IMG/VR virus record: IMGVR_UViG_3300027690_000123
Span: 1-49,990 of that record
Strand: one strand, 5' to 3'
Length of the DNA: 49,990 nt
Origin: a virus
Below the pieces are notes generated by a model that was given only the letters and a program-made list of their open reading frames with translations, had not been told where the DNA came from and made no database searches. A program made the position numbers and the translations under genes. Shown in pieces: positions 1-9,023 of this stretch; within the stretch, counting starts at the first letter, position 1, and each line of letters begins with the position of its first letter.

Positions 1-255
1 TTATCTCGATAACATATGAGGATGGTTTTTTGATTCGGTATATGCCTCAAGATTGTCGGTAACCAAATAGCTCCACCAGCAGACCATTTCCTCCCGCGTC
101 GTGGTCCATTGGCCCTTGATTTTGCGCATCGGCATGGAGGGAAACTCGCGTTTCCATTTCAGGATCGTATCTTCGCTGGCGCCACCCAAGACCGGTTGAA
201 TCGCCTTGATACCAGTCAAAATATCATCGCTATTGTTCTTACCCATTGTCACCAC
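1..255 (-). CDS. Small HTH / excisionase-like DNA-binding protein
   Basis: 84 aa. DILTGIKAI..VLG.SEDTILKW...PMRKIKGQW pattern typical of phage MerR/Xis-like HTH proteins downstream of terL. Confidence 0.6.
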   Translation of the reverse strand: MVTMGKNNSDDILTGIKAIQPVLGGASEDTILKWKREFPSMPMRKIKGQWTTTREEMVCWWSYLVTDNLEAYTESKNHPHMLSR

Positions 256-2019
256 ATCCTTGCCTTTTCAGGTTTATCGTCATGCTGTCGCTTCCGGACT
301 TCCGATTGTTGAGTCTCTGTTTCACTCGGCCGCGGCCAGAACTTCACGCCCAGGATCTCGCGGGCGGCCATGATCAGCACCGAGCAGTCCCAGCCGTGGT
401 TCGCCCGGCCGGTGGTGATCGGCTCCCATAGCCCCTTTTCGTTGATGCCCTCGGCCACCATGTGGCGGGCCCATTCGATGCTGAGCTCCGCATGGTAGTG
501 CCAGGCGCCGGGATCCCCGGCCTTGATCTTGAGTTTCCCATCGAGCTGGTTTTTAAAGTAGTTGGTGTCCACCTTGACCAGTTGCAGGCCGCCGGGGATA
601 GGGACCCGGCGCACCTTGGCATCCGGTGGAAAGTATTCCAGGGTCGTGAACGAGACCGGCACGGCCTGGCGCACCTTGCCCTGGGAGGGCAGGATCCGGC
701 CGCGGTGTCCCATGCAAAAGGTGTAGACATCGGCCGTGCGGTGGCCCATGGCGTCCTGGATGGCCAGGTCGCCTGCCTGCTTCCGGGCACGCGGCCCTCG
801 GGCCGATCGTCGCACAGCTCGAGGATAGTGTTTTCCGCGCGGTCCGAGGCGGTGGCCCGCCAGGGCCTGGCCGCAAAGCCGTTGTTAAAGTCGCGCAGCT
901 TGATCAGGTAATCGGGCTGGCCCTTCTGGGCCTTTAAAAAGGCAGCCGCGCACTCCCACATGTCCACAAAGGCGATACCCAGGCCGGGGCATGAAAACCG
1001 ATCCTGAGCGGCCGCACGGCCTCCAGGGCCTCCTGGACCGGGCGTTTTTTCTTTCGATCGCGCCACTGGCCCGAGCGCACGGCCTTTTTGCGCTGGCCGT
1101 CGTCCCATTTACCTTTACAATGGATGCACTCGTACCAGACATCGCGCGTGGTCTCGATGACCATGGGATCGCGCACGGCGGCGGTCCACTTGATCTGCTC
1201 GAAGGCCATCAGCTGCTCGTGGCCGCAATGGGGGCAGACGGCATAATAGTCGAAGATCAGGTGGCAGTTGTTGAGCGCCACCCAGATGGCGCCGTCCTCG
1301 ACAGTGGGGGTGCTCGCCCGGAACATCTTTCGCATGTGCTTGTAGGTGCGCATGCGCTTTTCGGCCAGTGCATGGGGAGAGGACTCCTTTTTTCCCACCG
1401 TGGGCGGGTATTTGTCCTCCTCGTCTAAAAAGACCTAGGGCAGGGGACGGTTGGCCAGGCGGGCGGCCGAGGTGGCCCAGGCCATGGTGATGCGCATGTG
1501 CTGCAGGGTGATCTTGATCCCGGTCTCATCGTCGGCATAGCCAGTGCGGTAGGACTTGAGCCGCGGCGAGTCGTTGAACATGGGGATGATGCGGTCGCCG
1601 GCATTGTCCTTGGCGTCGATCTCGTTGGGGAAGACCACCAGCCAGTTGCCGGGTTTTCTGTCGGCCGTGTAGCCCATGCAGGTGTAGACGATCTCGGTCT
1701 TGGCGCCCTGGGGGGCAAAGCACAGCACGATCTCCTGCACCGAGGGGTAAAAGGCCGCGTCCATGATGGCCGGGGCATAGGGTACGGTGCTGTTTTTCCA
1801 GCGGCCGGGGACCGCGGCATCCCGGGGAAGATAGCGGTGCTTTTCGGCCCAGAGGCTGGGGGCGATCTTTTTGCGCTTGCGCAGCACCCGCTTTTCCTGG
1901 CGGGAGAACTTGATCTGGGCGGTGCCGCCTTGCGGGCCGATATGATATCGGGTCAGGGCCTCGAGGTCGCCGATGGCCGGCAGCCACTTGGGATCGATAG
2001 GCAGGGGTTGGGGGATCAT
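249..2019 (-). pseudogene. Phage terminase large subunit (lambda GpA family), disrupted
   Basis: Fragments 1435-2019, 934-1398, part of 374-1108 and 249-~780 join into GpA motifs (WAEKHRYL, Walker A-like APQGAKTE, Walker B VFLDEEDKY, STPT, CPHCG, NHGWDC). In-frame TAG at 1435-1437, frameshift near 970, apparent deletion near 775. Confidence 0.9.
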
Positions 2020-2022
2020 TGG

Positions 2023-2766
2023 CTATCGCTCCGGCCCGGCCGGCTGCAGTGCGATCTGCAGCTCGTCGAAGTTGCAAAACTCATTCATTAAACTATCGAT
2101 CTCTCCGAAGATGGTTTCCCGCAGGTCCTCGAAGTGTTTGGGATCCCCGCCCACCGACTCGATCCACTCCACCAGGTTGACGGCGATCAGGTTCTTGACG
2201 CCGGCCTCGATGGCGCCCAGTTTCATGGCCAGCTCGGCCCGCACGTCGGCCTTGGGAAGAGAAAGCCCCATTTCTCTTTCATGCTCGAAGCGCAGCTTGG
2301 CTTCCCGGGCCCGCAATAGATCCAGCTCGGCAGAGGCCTTGTCGGCAAAGATGCGGTCGTCTACTTTCGGGCTTTTATCCGGGGTCTTTTCAAGTCCGGC
2401 CCGGACCGCATAGGCAAGCACATCGCTTTCCAGCACGCTGCGGTCCTCCTGGACGGCCAGGATCCCGCGCTGGGCATCGGCGTACATCTTGGACTTGGCG
2501 ATCTTGTAGCCCTGGGCCTTTAAAAACTCGAGGGCCTCCTTGACGTTGGCAAAGGACTGCGGCTTTCCGAAGTGCCTGGCCTCCAGGTCGGAGAGCATTT
2601 GATCCAGGGCCGATGAGGCGGCCTGGTGGTCGCGCAGCTTGGCCGCCGAGTTGTCTGCCTTGTAGGCGGCCAGGGTATCGGCTGCGGCCTTCTGCAGCGT
2701 CGAAAGAACCTCTTTCTGGTCGTCGCCGACCACGGCGAACAGTTTTTCGATTCTGGATGCGGTCAC
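2023..2766 (-). CDS. Putative terminase small subunit / DNA-binding protein
   Basis: Directly upstream of terL. HTH-like segment followed by a helical C-terminus (AREAKLRFEHERE..) as in Nu1-like proteins. Call rests largely on position. Confidence 0.5.
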   Translation of the reverse strand: MTASRIEKLFAVVGDDQKEVLSTLQKAAADTLAAYKADNSAAKLRDHQAASSALDQMLSDLEARHFGKPQSFANVKEALEFLKAQGYKIAKSKMYADAQRGILAVQEDRSVLESDVLAYAVRAGLEKTPDKSPKVDDRIFADKASAELDLLRAREAKLRFEHEREMGLSLPKADVRAELAMKLGAIEAGVKNLIAVNLVEWIESVGGDPKHFEDLRETIFGEIDSLMNEFCNFDELQIALQPAGPER

Positions 2767-2844
2767 GCCAGGATCTCCGCGGACACCTTGCCGGTCAGCT
2801 CGATGCCGGATTGTTGAGCTGCGGTCAGTTTGATCAGGCCTTGC

Positions 2845-4374
2845 TTACCCATTTTGCTTTCCTCCTTGATTTGCGGTGTTCGGCGCCAAGGATCCGCCGA
2901 CCAGATAGTTGTTGCCTTGGACCAACTCTTCCGGGTGGCTCAGCAGATGCGCCCGACAGTCCGGATCGAAAAAGACCAGGGTGGATATGCGCGCCTCGAT
3001 GGCATCGTTTCTGAACTGGCTCGGCTTTTCGATGGCGGTGCGCTTTTCGGTGTTGATGATTTTGACCGGGTACCGCCGCAGTAGGTCGCCGAGCTCGATG
3101 ACAGTTGCGGGAAGATTTCGGCCCTGGGGTTGTGCCGGCGGCGGTTCGGGATCCGGGGCAGGGGGGTTTTGCGTTGACGTGAGCGCCGGATCCGGATTCG
3201 GAATGGGATCGCCTTGCGGCTGTGCCGGCGCCTGGGCTTGGGTTCGTTTGAGGCCCTGGGCCGCAAACGTCGAAATTTTGACATGCCAGGCGGGCGGAAG
3301 GCCGGCAAGGACCCAGGCCCGGATGTCCACGCCGGCACGGCAGGCGTCTCCGGGGTCTTTACCGACCGGTACCGGCCAGCGCTCGGCCTGGGGATAGGTT
3401 GCCTGCCACTTGGGCCAGGCCTTGCCCCCGGCCTGGTCGAAATCAAGGGCGTTTAAGATCACCAGGGCCTCGGCCAGATGCTGGTGGCAGTAGTCGTCGG
3501 GCATGTTGGACGCGGCGCCCAGGGAGAGCACGCCCACCAGGTCGCAGGCCTCCTGGTCGACCAGCAGGCCGTCGAGCTCGGTTTCGATCACGATGTAGGC
3601 CCGCCGCTTTTCGCCGATGAGCCAGGGCATGGCCGAGGATCCGGGAAGCAAATAATAGCGAGGGTCCTTTTCGCTTCGAAGATGCTCCTTTGGCCGCCGG
3701 ATCCGGATGCGCTGCAGCACGCCGCCGCGGCGATAGGGGATCACCAGGCCCCGGGGGATCCATAGCTTCTTTTTCTTGCCGTCCTTTTCGACGGTCTCAA
3801 GGCCCCAGGCCTCCCGGGCCCGGAACAGGTCCTTGCCGTCGTTGCCGGGATTCCAGCCCAGGCCCCAGCGCAGCATGGTGGCGGGATCGATGCCCCGGCC
3901 GGCAAGATAACGCATCTGATCCGGGTGGTGTTCGACGAGCTGCTCGTGGGCCCAGGCGGCGAACTTTTCGGCATGCTCGCGCCACTTGTGGGCCGGTTGC
4001 TGGTAGGTAGCGACCGGCCGTTCGGGCTGGGACCGACGCCTTCCGGCCGACCGCGGCTTGATGGGGACCGACGGCGCTTCGGGCATGTCGACGCCCAGCG
4101 CCGCGCAGGCCTCCTTGTACGACAGGCCGTCCATGGTCATCAGCAGGGCGATGTTGTCTCCAGCGTATATTCGTTTTCCATCCCGTTCGCATTGTCTACA
4201 CCACCACGACCCTTTCCCTTCTTCTTGCATCGGCCAGATATGGAATCGGTCCGACGCGGCGCCCTTGCCGCCGTCTCCGCAGATCGGGCAGCTGCTGTGC
4301 CACTCCCCGCCCTTGGCCGACGATGCCCGCCGGGGTTCGATGCCTTTTCTGCGTACCAGGTCGATGACGTTCAT
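2845..4374 (-). CDS. DNA primase, CHC2 zinc finger plus TOPRIM-like domain
   Basis: EWHSSCPICG..DRFHIW..WWCRQC zinc finger, IVIETELD, ALDFDQAG, GKDPGD. Confidence 0.85.
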   Translation of the reverse strand: MNVIDLVRRKGIEPRRASSAKGGEWHSSCPICGDGGKGAASDRFHIWPMQEEGKGSWWCRQCERDGKRIYAGDNIALLMTMDGLSYKEACAALGVDMPEAPSVPIKPRSAGRRRSQPERPVATYQQPAHKWREHAEKFAAWAHEQLVEHHPDQMRYLAGRGIDPATMLRWGLGWNPGNDGKDLFRAREAWGLETVEKDGKKKKLWIPRGLVIPYRRGGVLQRIRIRRPKEHLRSEKDPRYYLLPGSSAMPWLIGEKRRAYIVIETELDGLLVDQEACDLVGVLSLGAASNMPDDYCHQHLAEALVILNALDFDQAGGKAWPKWQATYPQAERWPVPVGKDPGDACRAGVDIRAWVLAGLPPAWHVKISTFAAQGLKRTQAQAPAQPQGDPIPNPDPALTSTQNPPAPDPEPPPAQPQGRNLPATVIELGDLLRRYPVKIINTEKRTAIEKPSQFRNDAIEARISTLVFFDPDCRAHLLSHPEELVQGNNYLVGGSLAPNTANQGGKQNG

Positions 4375-4392
4375 GGGATTTTGGCCTCATCA

Positions 4393-4682
4393 GGACCATT
4401 GAGCGATTTTGGGGACCATTTCGGCAATGGTCCAGCAATGGTCCAGACTGAAAAGTATCTGTTATCTATTATTATTTTCTTTTTTTAGGACCATAGGACC
4501 ATTACTACATAAAAAAAAGAAAACATTAGTACCCTCAAAACATTTGAAAATTTGGTGAAAAATGGTCCTATGGTCCTGCGCAGCTGTGCTGCAGTTGATT
4601 TTTTGTTGCGTTTCAGCCGGTTAAAAACCCGGCTGCCCCTGGACGATCACCAGGACCATCCGTCCAATAGTCCCCATGGTCC
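4393..4682. repeat. Iteron cluster (10 x GGACCAT, both orientations) around an AT-rich core; putative replication origin
   Basis: GGACCAT at 4393, 4413, 4488, 4496, 4653 and ATGGTCC at 4427, 4438, 4562, 4570, 4676. Perfect 17-bp inverted repeat 4487-4503 / 4561-4577 flanks A/T tracts. Confidence 0.75.
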
Positions 4683-5573
4683 TGTTATGGATCGTCTATG
4701 GTGGACAGCAGGCCGATGCCGTAATAGCGATAGATGCCCCCGACCTTCTCGCTGCGGAAGCGCTTGCGCATGGCCGAGCAGCCGCTGCATGAACTCGCAC
4801 ACGGGGCGGCCCTCCTCCGGATCCAGGTGGTCCTCCTCGAGGACCTGCGCTAAAAACCGTTCCCACTCCGGACACGGCGCATCGATCCCTTTCCACTCGG
4901 CTGCGGCGTGCTTGTGCAGGTAGTCCTTCGGGAGGCCGTCGCGGGACCTTCCGGTCCGCAGGTCGACCACGGCGTTTATACAGGCCAACAGCCAGGGCTT
5001 TCTGTCTATTTCGTCACCGTGGATGGCGATGGCATCCTCGCAGGTGTGGGCTATGCCCAGGCAGTTGTTGCGCCGGCGAGTGATGCGCAGGGCCGAGATC
5101 CGCTGGTTCAAGGCATCGCGCAGGGCGCCCAGGGACCGCTCCCTGGCCGGGTCCTTGCCGTCCATCTCCCGGATCTCGGCGCAGACCCGCACCACCTCGC
5201 GGATGTACTTGGCTACAACGTTCTCGACTGCCACCGGAGCCATCCCCATGGTGTCGATGTCCCAGTAGTGGCCTGTCCACACCATCCAGGCGTCCATGGC
5301 CTTGTTGAAGATGAACTTGCCCCGGTGCAGCTCGCGGAAAAGGATCCCGTCACCCAGCTCGTTCATTCTCAGGCAATCCTGGACAAAGGCGCTCGAGATG
5401 TCGTCGTCGCCGTCGTCGCCCTTGCCGTACTTTTCGGCCTCCTCGGCCTTCCGGGCCTCCACCTGGTCGCGGATTTCCGCCACTTTTTCCTTGCCGGCCG
5501 CCCTTTCGGCCAGCGGGATCACATTGCTCTCCATCGATACCCCCTTATCTTTGTCACCCCGATCGTCAGCCAT
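4647..5573 (-). pseudogene. P4/D5-family primase-helicase, C-terminally truncated
   Basis: D5_N motifs (NELGDG, WMVWTGHYW, LLACINAVVDLRTG, CPEWERFL, FMQRLLG), then the frame becomes non-homologous. The SF3 helicase Walker motifs are absent. Confidence 0.8.
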
Positions 5574-5655
5574 CGAGCGCCAACCCCGTCAAAAACGGCC
5601 CCGATTCCGCGGCCATTCCGTTTTCCGCGCCGAATTGTTTTTTCACCTGGACGCA

Positions 5656-5703
5656 CCGCGGGCGCTGGTGGAAACCGTAAGTCCAGGGTTCCAGGAAGGA
5701 CCC
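5656..5703 (-). other. Lambda-like cos site (cosQ plus cosN-like)
   Basis: Minus strand GGGTCCT-N16-TTACG-N15-CGCGG resembles lambda GGGTCCT-N18-TTACG-N12-CGCGG. The element encodes a GpA-type terminase. Confidence 0.6.
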
Positions 5704-5962
5704 GCGACCCCTGTAGGCCATCGGACCATAGGCCTGTTTTACTTTTGCCGGGGGTGCGGGGGCGCAGCGAAGGCGGCCGGGCACAAAAAAAGCCGCGCGC
5801 GGTCGTCTCGAGCGACCGTCAACGCGGCTATGCGTCAAGGAAAAAAAATGATAAGGAATGCTGTCGATTTGATGTGGGATGGTACTGCATTCCGTGGCAT
5901 CAAAAAGAGTCCGGGATTGATACGATATAGGACAGCTATCCATGGGTTACTCCAATGCCAAA

Positions 5963-5993
5963 TTGAAGTGCATTTGAAGTGCGCTTGAAGTGC
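5963..5993. repeat. Three TTGAAGTGC direct repeats at 11-bp period; probable integrase arm-type sites
   Basis: Copies at 5963, 5974 and 5985, about 70-100 bp from the att core. Confidence 0.65.
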
Positions 5994-6064
5994 AGGAAAT
6001 AGGTTGTTAATAAACCTGTTGCATTTGTAACTTGCTTGATTTACTAAGGAAGGAAATTGAGGGG

Positions 6065-6092
6065 TGGCGGAAGTGCATGGGAATCGAACCCA
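6065..6092 (-). other. selC: att core: 3' fragment of tRNA-Sec (not a complete tRNA)
   Basis: Minus strand TGGGTTCGATTCCCATGCACTTCCGCCA has a T-loop, then 13 nt (the 8/5 fold diagnostic of tRNA-Sec), a G discriminator and CCA. It lies 26 bp past the integrase stop. No 5' half is present. Confidence 0.85.
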
Positions 6093-6118
6093 AGCACCAT
6101 GTTCTTAAACTACTGAAA

Positions 6119-7717
6119 TCATTCCTTTTTATTCCTCAAAAAAATCACATTGGATAGGTCTTGGTTTGGTTGGTTGGATAGGTTCTCCATCTCCTTTTTC
6201 ATTTTCTCCTCTTTTTCCACCATCATTCTGGTTCTTTCCTGGGCTGCGGCTTGGACTTGTTTGATCCGGTTCGCTGTGACATCGGCGTACCGTCTTATCG
6301 ATGCGGCGTTCTTATGACCGGTCAACAGTTGGAGTTCAGCCGGGGTGCCCCCATCCTCCATAAACTGGGTGCATGCCGTGTGCTTAACGCCATTGTAAGT
6401 CCAGATGCGTTCGACGCCGGCATCGTCACATGCCTTGTACCAGATGTTGCGAAGCGCCTCGAGGGTGTAGCGGCCCTTTTTCCGTGACCGGGGATTATTG
6501 AAAAAATACTTTGAGCCCGGATCCTTTTTGCAGGCCTCTTTGGCCCATTCCCGATAATTGGGGTGGCAAGGGGTAATGTGAATGGTCGGGTTCTGCCAAT
6601 TCGTTTTGACCGAATTGACATCCACCCGGGCCGAGATCGACCGGCGGATGGTGAACACTTCGTTGATTGGATCGTAATCGACTTTCTGCAGGGCACATGC
6701 TTCGCCGGGGCGGCGGAAATGGTATTTCAGCCACAAGAATATCGACAGGTGTTCGTCAGGGATATTTTTGAATACCGCATCGGCTTCGTCCCGGGAAAGC
6801 CATTTGATCTCGACAGCCTGGATGCCGTAATCCTCAGTCTTTGGAAAAGGGGGAATTTTTTGAATTTTGCCTTTCCGCAAGGCATAGTCCATCATGGTGT
6901 GGAGGGTTGACAAAATGTTGAGGGCGGTCTTGCCGTAGTTTTTCCGATCGGATGTTTCTGGCCGACTGTCCTTTGATTTTTCTTCGTTTTGGGCGATTGT
7001 GCGGCGGATCCACCTGTCGCTGATTTTAATGCCGTATCGGTCCTTGATGATGGTAGCGATCTGCGGGCTTTTGGCGTTGGGGTTGTCGGCATGGATTTTT
7101 AAAATCATCCGCGTCTTCTCATCGCCCGTTTTTTTGGCAGGTTTCTCAAGACCATTGAGGATATGCTCGAGTAGCCTTGTCAGAACGTCCAGATCAATTT
7201 CATGCAGCCGCACGTTATTTTTCTCAAAGAAGGGTTTGATCCATGTCCGATGGTATGACCGGTACGCTTTGACGGTGGCAGGTTTTCTAAATTTCTCGAT
7301 CGCCTTGTTGATCCATTCCTCATAATAATTAGCCACATCGACATAATCAGCTTCCGTGAACTCCTCGATGCTGAACTTACATAGGCCGGCTTTGGCCTCC
7401 TCATATCGATTCCGCATCAAGGTGAGCAATTTTTCGGCTCGTTCATACCCCTGGCATTTTTCCTTGTCGGGGATCAAACGATTTTTGCTGTCCAGGCGGG
7501 GTTTTCCTTTATGGAATTGAAAAGCGGTACAGGGCATCAACTCGCCCTTGTATCGAGAGATCAATCGGTTTTTCCGTTCGATTTCATCATACCAAAACAC
7601 CCGCCATTGGCAGCGATCTGCAGCGTATTGGATTTTGCCTTTCATGCAATCATCCCCTTTAGCTCGATTGGCAAACGCTTTTTCCAACTGTTTAATATAG
7701 ATCTGCTGGGGGGTCAA
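6119..7717 (-). CDS. int: Tyrosine recombinase / integrase
   Basis: FRRPGEACAL (Arg I), YNGVKH (variant HxxR), LTGH, RRY (catalytic Tyr). TTG start with AGGAG RBS. Adjacent to the att core. Confidence 0.93.
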   Translation of the reverse strand: MTPQQIYIKQLEKAFANRAKGDDCMKGKIQYAADRCQWRVFWYDEIERKNRLISRYKGELMPCTAFQFHKGKPRLDSKNRLIPDKEKCQGYERAEKLLTLMRNRYEEAKAGLCKFSIEEFTEADYVDVANYYEEWINKAIEKFRKPATVKAYRSYHRTWIKPFFEKNNVRLHEIDLDVLTRLLEHILNGLEKPAKKTGDEKTRMILKIHADNPNAKSPQIATIIKDRYGIKISDRWIRRTIAQNEEKSKDSRPETSDRKNYGKTALNILSTLHTMMDYALRKGKIQKIPPFPKTEDYGIQAVEIKWLSRDEADAVFKNIPDEHLSIFLWLKYHFRRPGEACALQKVDYDPINEVFTIRRSISARVDVNSVKTNWQNPTIHITPCHPNYREWAKEACKKDPGSKYFFNNPRSRKKGRYTLEALRNIWYKACDDAGVERIWTYNGVKHTACTQFMEDGGTPAELQLLTGHKNAASIRRYADVTANRIKQVQAAAQERTRMMVEKEEKMKKEMENLSNQPNQDLSNVIFLRNKKE

Positions 7718-7737
7718 TTTCGTTCTCCTTACATAAA

Positions 7738-7749
7738 GTAATTAATTAC
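7738..7749. promoter_or_regulatory. Palindromic operator-like site GTAATTAATTAC upstream of int
   Basis: Perfect copy of the recurrent 12-bp palindrome. Confidence 0.7.
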
Positions 7750-7811
7750 AATGACTTGCGGGCATAAAAATGCCGTGAGCGATCATCGATCGGTCCCATG
7801 CTGAAAAAGAT

Positions 7812-7831
7812 GCCCCGGCCGAAGCCGGGGC
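7812..7831 (-). terminator. Rho-independent terminator
   Basis: GCCCCGGC-CGAA-GCCGGGGC hairpin followed on the - strand by a T-rich run, just after the HAD gene. Confidence 0.7.
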
Positions 7832-7838
7832 GTTTGGA

Positions 7839-8168
7839 TTAGATTATCTGTCCTGTGTTTTTCAGGACTCGGAAGGCTCGGTCATCATAAAAGTGACTCA
7901 TGTTGTAATCCTTGGTAGCCGTGATCTCTAATTCGGGCAGGCCTTGTTCTCGGAGCCATTGCTTGATGATAGTTTCCTGACCCTGATAGCCGGCCCGGGC
8001 GGTGAAGATCTTAACGTGAATCCCTTTTTCCAGATACCCGCGAAGCCGCTCGACCATTTCGGGGACAGGTTCTCCGACGCTTGCCAGGTTCTCTGTCGGG
8101 GTGATGGTGTTGGCCAATGTCCCATCGAGATCAAAACCGACCCATGTTCGGTCTTTGTTCCGTGTCAT
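7839..8168 (-). CDS. HAD-superfamily phosphatase (PNK-phosphatase-like)
   Basis: WVGFDLDGTLA, IFTAR, FYDDRA. Start taken at MTRNK (8168), overlapping the upstream stop. Confidence 0.8.
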   Translation of the reverse strand: MTRNKDRTWVGFDLDGTLANTITPTENLASVGEPVPEMVERLRGYLEKGIHVKIFTARAGYQGQETIIKQWLREQGLPELEITATKDYNMSHFYDDRAFRVLKNTGQII

Positions 8169-8485
8169 AGCCGAAACCTTTCTACGTCCCAACGGCCGGC
8201 AGCCTGACGACGACGCCAAACCGGGCAATATTTTTTCGGATCGCTCTTGTTTCCCACAACAGCCTGCCAACAATCCGGTTTTTGCCAAAAAGGACAGGTG
8301 GCAATCTGGCAACCGTCCTTGGGGGCCCAGGACATCGAATCATAATTCTCGACATAATCACGGGAGGCCGAGATCTGGTCTTTGCAAAACAGGCATCCGA
8401 CGGTTGTGATGCCACATTCACCCTTCGTGTTGCCGTCCCGGCGATCGATCACGCCAGGAGGGGGATTTTCATTTATCGGGATCAT
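8165..8485 (-). CDS. Hypothetical Cys-rich protein
   Basis: ATGA-coupled in the operon; CLFC..CQIATCPFW..CW..YCP. Confidence 0.6.
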   Translation of the reverse strand: MIPINENPPPGVIDRRDGNTKGECGITTVGCLFCKDQISASRDYVENYDSMSWAPKDGCQIATCPFWQKPDCWQAVVGNKSDPKKYCPVWRRRQAAGRWDVERFRL

Positions 8486-8772
8486 CGAAGCACCTCCTTT
8501 AAATCCTCGATCTTTTGTAAATTTTTAGGCCGGGGCATATACAAGCGAGGCATCGCCCGCGGGCTAGTAATCACCTCGACTAAATAGCCCGTACCATTTT
8601 CGTCAACGGGCGGGTTCATACCGTCAAACATCCGTTTGTGATTCGGAAATTCTTTCCTTGCAATTACGGGAGGATAGTCCTTCGCTTTCAACAAACGGAT
8701 GATGGTGCCGGCCTTTTTCGTTGTGCTGCCGTTGGATTGACTTTCCCATTGGACCTTGTCGCCTTTTCTCAT
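8482..8772 (-). CDS. Hypothetical phage protein
   Basis: ATGA overlaps at both ends; GGAGG RBS. Confidence 0.7.
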   Translation of the reverse strand: MRKGDKVQWESQSNGSTTKKAGTIIRLLKAKDYPPVIARKEFPNHKRMFDGMNPPVDENGTGYLVEVITSPRAMPRLYMPRPKNLQKIEDLKEVLR

Positions 8773-9023
8773 GCAGGCACCTCCTCCGGCTTTGCTTTGA
8801 CAGTTGTTTCTAAAAACTTGGCCCGGGATGCTTTAAATTCGGCATCGGTGAAAATGCCCTTATCGAGCAACACCTGATAAAGAGCGTTCATCCCTACCTG
8901 CAGGTCTATAAGGGCTTTTGTGAGGATCGCCATTTTCTCCTGGGTGGTCTGCTGGGATTGGATTTTCGTCGCTTTTTTCGCCTTGCGGGCTTGGGCCCGG
9001 CGGACTTGCCTGCTTGCGTTCAT
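8769..9023 (-). CDS. Hypothetical phage protein
   Basis: MNASRQ start with GGAAAGGA RBS; coupled to the downstream gene. Confidence 0.6.
   Translation of the reverse strand: MNASRQVRRAQARKAKKATKIQSQQTTQEKMAILTKALIDLQVGMNALYQVLLDKGIFTDAEFKASRAKFLETTVKAKPEEVPA

Larger units (their letters stand above)
1..5960 (-). mobile_element. Decayed lambda-like prophage remnant (packaging and primase module)
   Basis: Terminase pseudogene, two primases, cos-like site and iteron cluster. Visibly higher GC than the DNA to the right. Lies just beyond the tRNA-Sec att core. Confidence 0.8.

Noticed and set aside
1435-1437. Stop-codon reassignment or readthrough of the in-frame TAG in terL
   Set aside because: The same gene also has a frameshift and a deletion, and TAG/TGA act as ordinary stops elsewhere in the window.
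4908-5930. Long + strand ORFs such as 4908-5930, 20232-21086 and 30579-31739
   Set aside because: Antisense shadows of well-supported - strand genes, with no recognisable motifs.
6030-6120. Complete tRNA gene
   Set aside because: Only the T-arm and acceptor 3' strand are present. The upstream sequence is the integrase stop region, with no D or anticodon arm.
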